Positions 59,139-64,000 of a DNA stretch of 64,000 nt are shown piece after piece. Position numbers and translations under genes: made by a program. The stretch is from Octopus vulgaris (taxonomy: Eukaryota), in NCBI GenBank assembly GCA_951406725.2, contig OX597826.1, forward strand, positions 44,268,001 to 44,332,000, in the 5' to 3' direction. The stretch's first letter is position 1. Every line of letters begins with the position of its first letter. Under the pieces are notes generated by a model. The model did not search any database. It was not told the DNA's origin and saw nothing but the letters and a program-made list of their open reading frames with translations.

Positions 59139-59227
<89 letters not shown>

Positions 59228-59667
59228 GGTGGTGGTGGTGGTAGTAGTAGTAGCAGTAGCAAAAGTAGTTGTAGCAACAGCCATAGTAGTAGTAGTAGTA
59301 GTAGTAGTTGTATTCGCAACAAAAAATAAATTTGTTAATTAAGGAAATTACTTTTTCTCAATCATAAAAGAAATGCAAAACTTACATGGCAACTTTCCCA
59401 TCTCAGTACAAAATATAGTAGGAGATATTTTTTTAATACTTAAGTCTTAAAATTTTGCTATATAGATATGTGCATTAGTGTATTTCAGTTTGATAAAGAT
59501 TATTTTTACTAAAACTAGAAAATGCGTCTAAGAAATTATCACAGCTCTATAGATTTTTCAGAAACAAACTCCGTATTATTTGCTAATATTAGCCTTAAGA
59601 TAAGATTGCAAAAGAGAGAAAGAGAGAAAGAGAGAAAGAGAGAAAAAGAAAAGAAATAATAATGATG

Positions 59668-59773
<106 letters not shown>

Positions 59774-59778
59774 TGATG

Positions 59779-59825
<47 letters not shown>

Positions 59826-59826
59826 G

Positions 59827-59881
<55 letters not shown>

Positions 59882-59889
59882 TAATAATT

Positions 59890-59957
<68 letters not shown>

Positions 59958-59967
59958 AATAATAATG

Positions 59968-60008
<41 letters not shown>

Positions 60009-60589
60009 AGAATGAAATAGTATAACTCAGTTAACCAATCATGAATTTGTAAATTATTTCCCCGAAATTCCAAGGAAAAGCATCGCTTGATATGCACAGG
60101 ATACAAAAATAGATAATCTAATAATGAAATTAAAATAATATAATTGGATCATGATCATCTTCGTTGTCAACATCCCTACCTTCTACTCCTCCTCACATCG
60201 CCTTCATCCGTTATTATTCATCATTGACACAATCACTACCATCGACTATATAAAAAAAAAAGAGCAGAACGCCTCCATTTGCACAATATCTTCCTCTGCT
60301 TTTTTTTTTGTTTGTTTTTTTTTTTTTTGGTTAATCCCGTTCCTTCTCCTTCCGTACTTTATTGTCATAGTGACTGATGTTGGCGTCGTTGTGGCTGATG
60401 TTGTTCTAGTTCGTGCTGTAGATGCTGTCTTTCAGCTTGAACTTCGTGGTTGGTTAGCAACAACTTCGACACAAAATGGATATGCATAAAAATCACTCAG
60501 CATGAATCTCAGATTCATTCATATCCTTGCTTCTAAATGCATACCTACACACACATACACACACACACACATGCATACATACATACCTA

Positions 60590-60646
<57 letters not shown>

Positions 60647-61277
60647 TTATTCCACGCTAACATATTTTACGTCTATGTAATCTATGCAATATGTATTACT
60701 CTCTCGTTCTTTGAAAAGCATGTGTAAAAATTAAAGCATTTCCTCCTATAATTTGTTACATTATTCAAATCCAAGGGATTCCCTTTACAGAAATCATGTG
60801 TTGAATTTTGTAACCAGTTATATTATTTGTGTATTCAGTTTCACATTTAATTCACCTACACCGACTTCATCAAAATGACTTCGAAAAACGTTCTCCTACT
60901 TCTTATGTCTATCGGCCATCACCAATTAACAACTCTCGCTTAATGACACGGCATCGATCGTGTAAATCATTTAAAACATATTTTGCTAGTCATCACATAA
61001 CAATTTTGCAATTCATTACTATAACACGTCTTCAAATTCAGATTGGAGTTCCAATTTTAGAAAAAAAATATGTGTTAATCCAAATGTGTGAAATAAGAAA
61101 CACAATCAGTGCATTGTTTCATCTACCTAAACTTCAATAGAACACAATTTGAACCACGTACGCCGCTAGAAATGCAATTCTAAACAGTTGCTGAGGATAA
61201 CTACTGTCCAAAGTACATTTCGAACTTAAACGTTGTATCACAAATGCGAGTCTTATTTTCTAGATCTTCAAAATGCT

Positions 61278-62411
61278 TCAGCCACAAACTCCTGAGCTCC
61301 TACAGAACGTGACCAATTGCCACTTGTATTTCTTCCTTTTCACCTCCGCTTGCTTCGGCTCCCGACCTGATCTGCCCGGGCATGCAGAAACATCATAACC
61401 AAAAATATAAACGCTTCTTTTGACCTGTTGTAACGCTGTTTCTTCCTCTGCGCCTTCTTCCACTATTAATTCTGTTAGTGTTTCGCACCTATTTCTCTTT
61501 GCCTCCGTCTCAATCTCTTTTAACCTTTTTTGAATCTTTGGGGGAAAGCTCACCCGTTCTTTTCCCTTCCTCCTGTTTACTAATGTGAACGATTCCTCCA
61601 CTCTATCAATCTCTTTTACTGGTACTACTTCTTCGGTACTGTTTTCTTTGCGTTTCTTCTCCCCTTCGTTTTCCTTCTCGGAACACCTTACTTTCATATG
61701 CCCTTTTTTTGCCGCATAGGAAGCATGTTGGTGGTCTTCCTTCTACTACTATTCGAAGTCTGGTGTCATCTGGGAGTATTATTTCCTCTGTTATACCAAA
61801 CAGGTCTTTCAAACTCACCTGTATGACCATTTCGAGGCCATACCCCGACAAATTGACCTTTTCGGTCGTCGTTATCTTGAGGACTTTCGCGTCACCCTCC
61901 ATACCGTGCATTATGGATGCCACCAGTCATTCTTCGTTGATTTCGGGGGGCACTCTTACAACTCTCACTCTCGTAACGCATTTGCCACAGTACGTCGGAA
62001 GAAGTACCTATTACGGTGCCCTTATCGGCTCCGTGGAGTGGCTCATGGCATCTTCTTGCGCCGTATTTTTTTACCACGTGTGTGGAATGTGGTCAATAAT
62101 TTTACGTTTTCGAGGTACTTCTTTATTACTTCTATCGGGGCAACCTCTATCTTGTTCGAGGACGTGGACAACGTCCTGTACATTACCGTCCTCTTCGCTA
62201 CGTTGTTTATCAGTTCTTCTGGAGGAGTCAGCTTTCGACTGGATCCTTCCTTTTTTAGCAATTTGCTTGCTTCCTTCCATTTTCGTGTCTCAGTTGTTAT
62301 TGCTTGTACTTCCAGGGTGTTGGCATTTATTCCTTGCGTAACTTTGCCCACTCTCCCTCTCTCTTTCTTTCCCCACTTCTCCCATAGATAGGGATAAACA
62401 AATGCAAACAA
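61278..62411 (-). pseudogene. Frameshifted Tx1/L1-type ORF1 (gag-like, CCHC zinc knuckle)
   Basis: Joining frames gives PTYCGKCVTRVRVVRVPPEI...LRIVVEGRPPT-CFLCGKKGHMKVRC (CX2CX4HX4C), broken by a slip in the T-run at ~61704-61710. Lys/Glu-rich C-terminus; no ORF2 follows. Confidence 0.7.
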
Positions 62412-62653
62412 AACAGTGACGAAAATTCAACAATTAAAGCAATTCAACGAATCTTGGTTCATCAGCGCGGGGAAAACTACAACAAAAATAACAGTGCGTA
62501 ACAATAACAGTGTGTATCGATTCGAACTCATGTCAGAAAACACTACGAACATCCATATTACGAAACAATGTATAATATAAAGCATATTACTTTAAAGTAT
62601 AATATACTTTAAAGTATATTAATGTATATTACAACGCTATATATAACATAGTT

Positions 62654-63661
62654 TTATAAGAGTCCATAATATGAAAGATATTTGTGTCTACAGGTAATTA
62701 TAACGTCAGATATCTTATTAAGTAAACTATTTTTGTTGGCTCGGATTATGAGGATCGCCTCCTTCGGGCATAAATCGCAGTTCTTCGTGTGAGTATTATA
62801 TGGTGTGGCTTCCCTTATTATAAACCAATTAAGACTGAATTCTTTGTTGTTCATTTTTAATCTATTGATGTAGGTTGCTAGTGTAGTTGAATTTTTTGTT
62901 TCGTGGTTAGTGAACGAGTTTATATGCGCCCTATATCTACTTTGGAAGTCAATAGTACTACCTATGTAAATCTTTTTAGGTCCGTTTAGGGTTGGTACTT
63001 CGAATTTATATTCGGTATTTCTCTTTAAACAGAAGCCTTCAAGGGGACAAAATTCACTATTACGACATTTATATGTTTTTGTTTTGTTTCCGGGTTTAGT
63101 CGTACTATTTTAAAATCCAACTCCTTATTATTGCTCTTCGTGTTAGGGTCAGCTAGGTTATCTCTACTGGTTTCATTATTTCTAGGTTTAAATCTGTTAT
63201 TTGCTGCGACGATAGATCCAAGATTGGGTGTGGTAGAATGGGATAACTTAAGACACGATCTATTAAATATAGAATGGTATGTATGACCAAATGGGAAGTT
63301 CATATCGATTATGCTATAAAATAACTTAGGGAGGTTTCTTACCTGAAGAGAAAAAGGGGGTGTAAACCATACAATTTCCCATTTCCTCCCAGAATAGTTC
63401 CTTTTCTGCCCTGTATCGTTATTGCTATACTTGAAAAATCTATAGTGTCTTCTAAAGTGTTGTTGATTTCTATATTCGGTGCGGTTATTTATAGGATGTG
63501 AGTCAATGTTAGAATCCGTAATATTTTGAAACTGTTTCCCTAATTTGTTTTTAAATATTGTGTTTTCAATATAGTATATTTTACTGTTAACACCGCTGTC
63601 TTTGAATGCTGTATTATAAAGGGGTGCAAACTCGTTAAATATTTTTTTATTTGCGGATAGG
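62654..63661 (-). mobile_element. 3' half of a Penelope-like retroelement (RT C-terminal region, Cys-rich linker, GIY-YIG endonuclease)
   Basis: IVWFTPPFS...[17 protein letters not shown] (ORF 63025-63747); after a frameshift, [21 protein letters not shown]...IYIGSTIDFQSRYRAHINSF...WFIIREA.PY...CDLCPKEAILI...LLNK..CRH. Truncated at (TA)n. Confidence 0.88.
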
Positions 63662-63750
<89 letters not shown>

Positions 63751-63751
63751 T

Positions 63752-63811
<60 letters not shown>

Positions 63812-63819
63812 TTATTTAC

Positions 63820-63952
63820 ATACGTAAATGCCTCACGCTAGGAGGGACTCTTACAGACAAAACTATCATAATAAATATTATGTTTATTATGGTAGTTTTA
63901 ACTGTAAGAGTTCCTCCTAGCGCGAGGCATTTATGTATAGTAATGCCCTTAA
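63820..63952. repeat. Near-perfect palindrome, same family as 56341-56535
   Basis: taaatgcctcacgctaggagggactcttacag..aaaactatcataataaa / tttattatggtagtttt..ctgtaagagttcctcctagcgcgaggcattta, then agtaatgcccttaa. Confidence 0.9.
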
Positions 63953-64000
63953 TATAAATAAATATATTTAAGAGGAATAATTGATGGATTTTCCCATATG

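Overview
AT-rich, microsatellite-dense eukaryotic DNA. The repeat complement (tRNA-derived SINEs, (TA)n/(AAT)n/(TATG)n tracts, R4/Dong, Tx1/L1, RTE and Penelope-like retroelements) strongly suggests a coleoid cephalopod, probably Octopus; this is inferred from recalled repeat families, not a database match. I could not identify an intact host protein-coding gene, and most ORFs in the track are microsatellite artefacts. Recognisable coding remnants all come from transposons: two young 5'-truncated R4/Dong LINEs (RT plus restriction-like endonuclease) inside (TAA)n tracts and several old copies, a decayed Tx1-like ORF2 and a separate ORF1, RTE fragments, a Penelope-like 3' half with GIY-YIG nuclease, an internally deleted mariner and a non-autonomous Helitron. 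The most interesting signal is non-coding: short, highly structured elements embedded in (TA)n. One (~36.56-37.09 kb) carries two hammerhead-ribozyme-like motifs on opposite strands, one with a compensatory U3-A8 core capping a ~130-nt rod hairpin. A third hammerhead lies at ~46.0 kb, and two related long palindromes (56.3 and 63.8 kb) have arms that co-vary. One SINE family carries a Tx1-derived 3' tail and appears to move as fixed-junction multimers. Coordinates were read by eye; ends of decayed elements are approximate.
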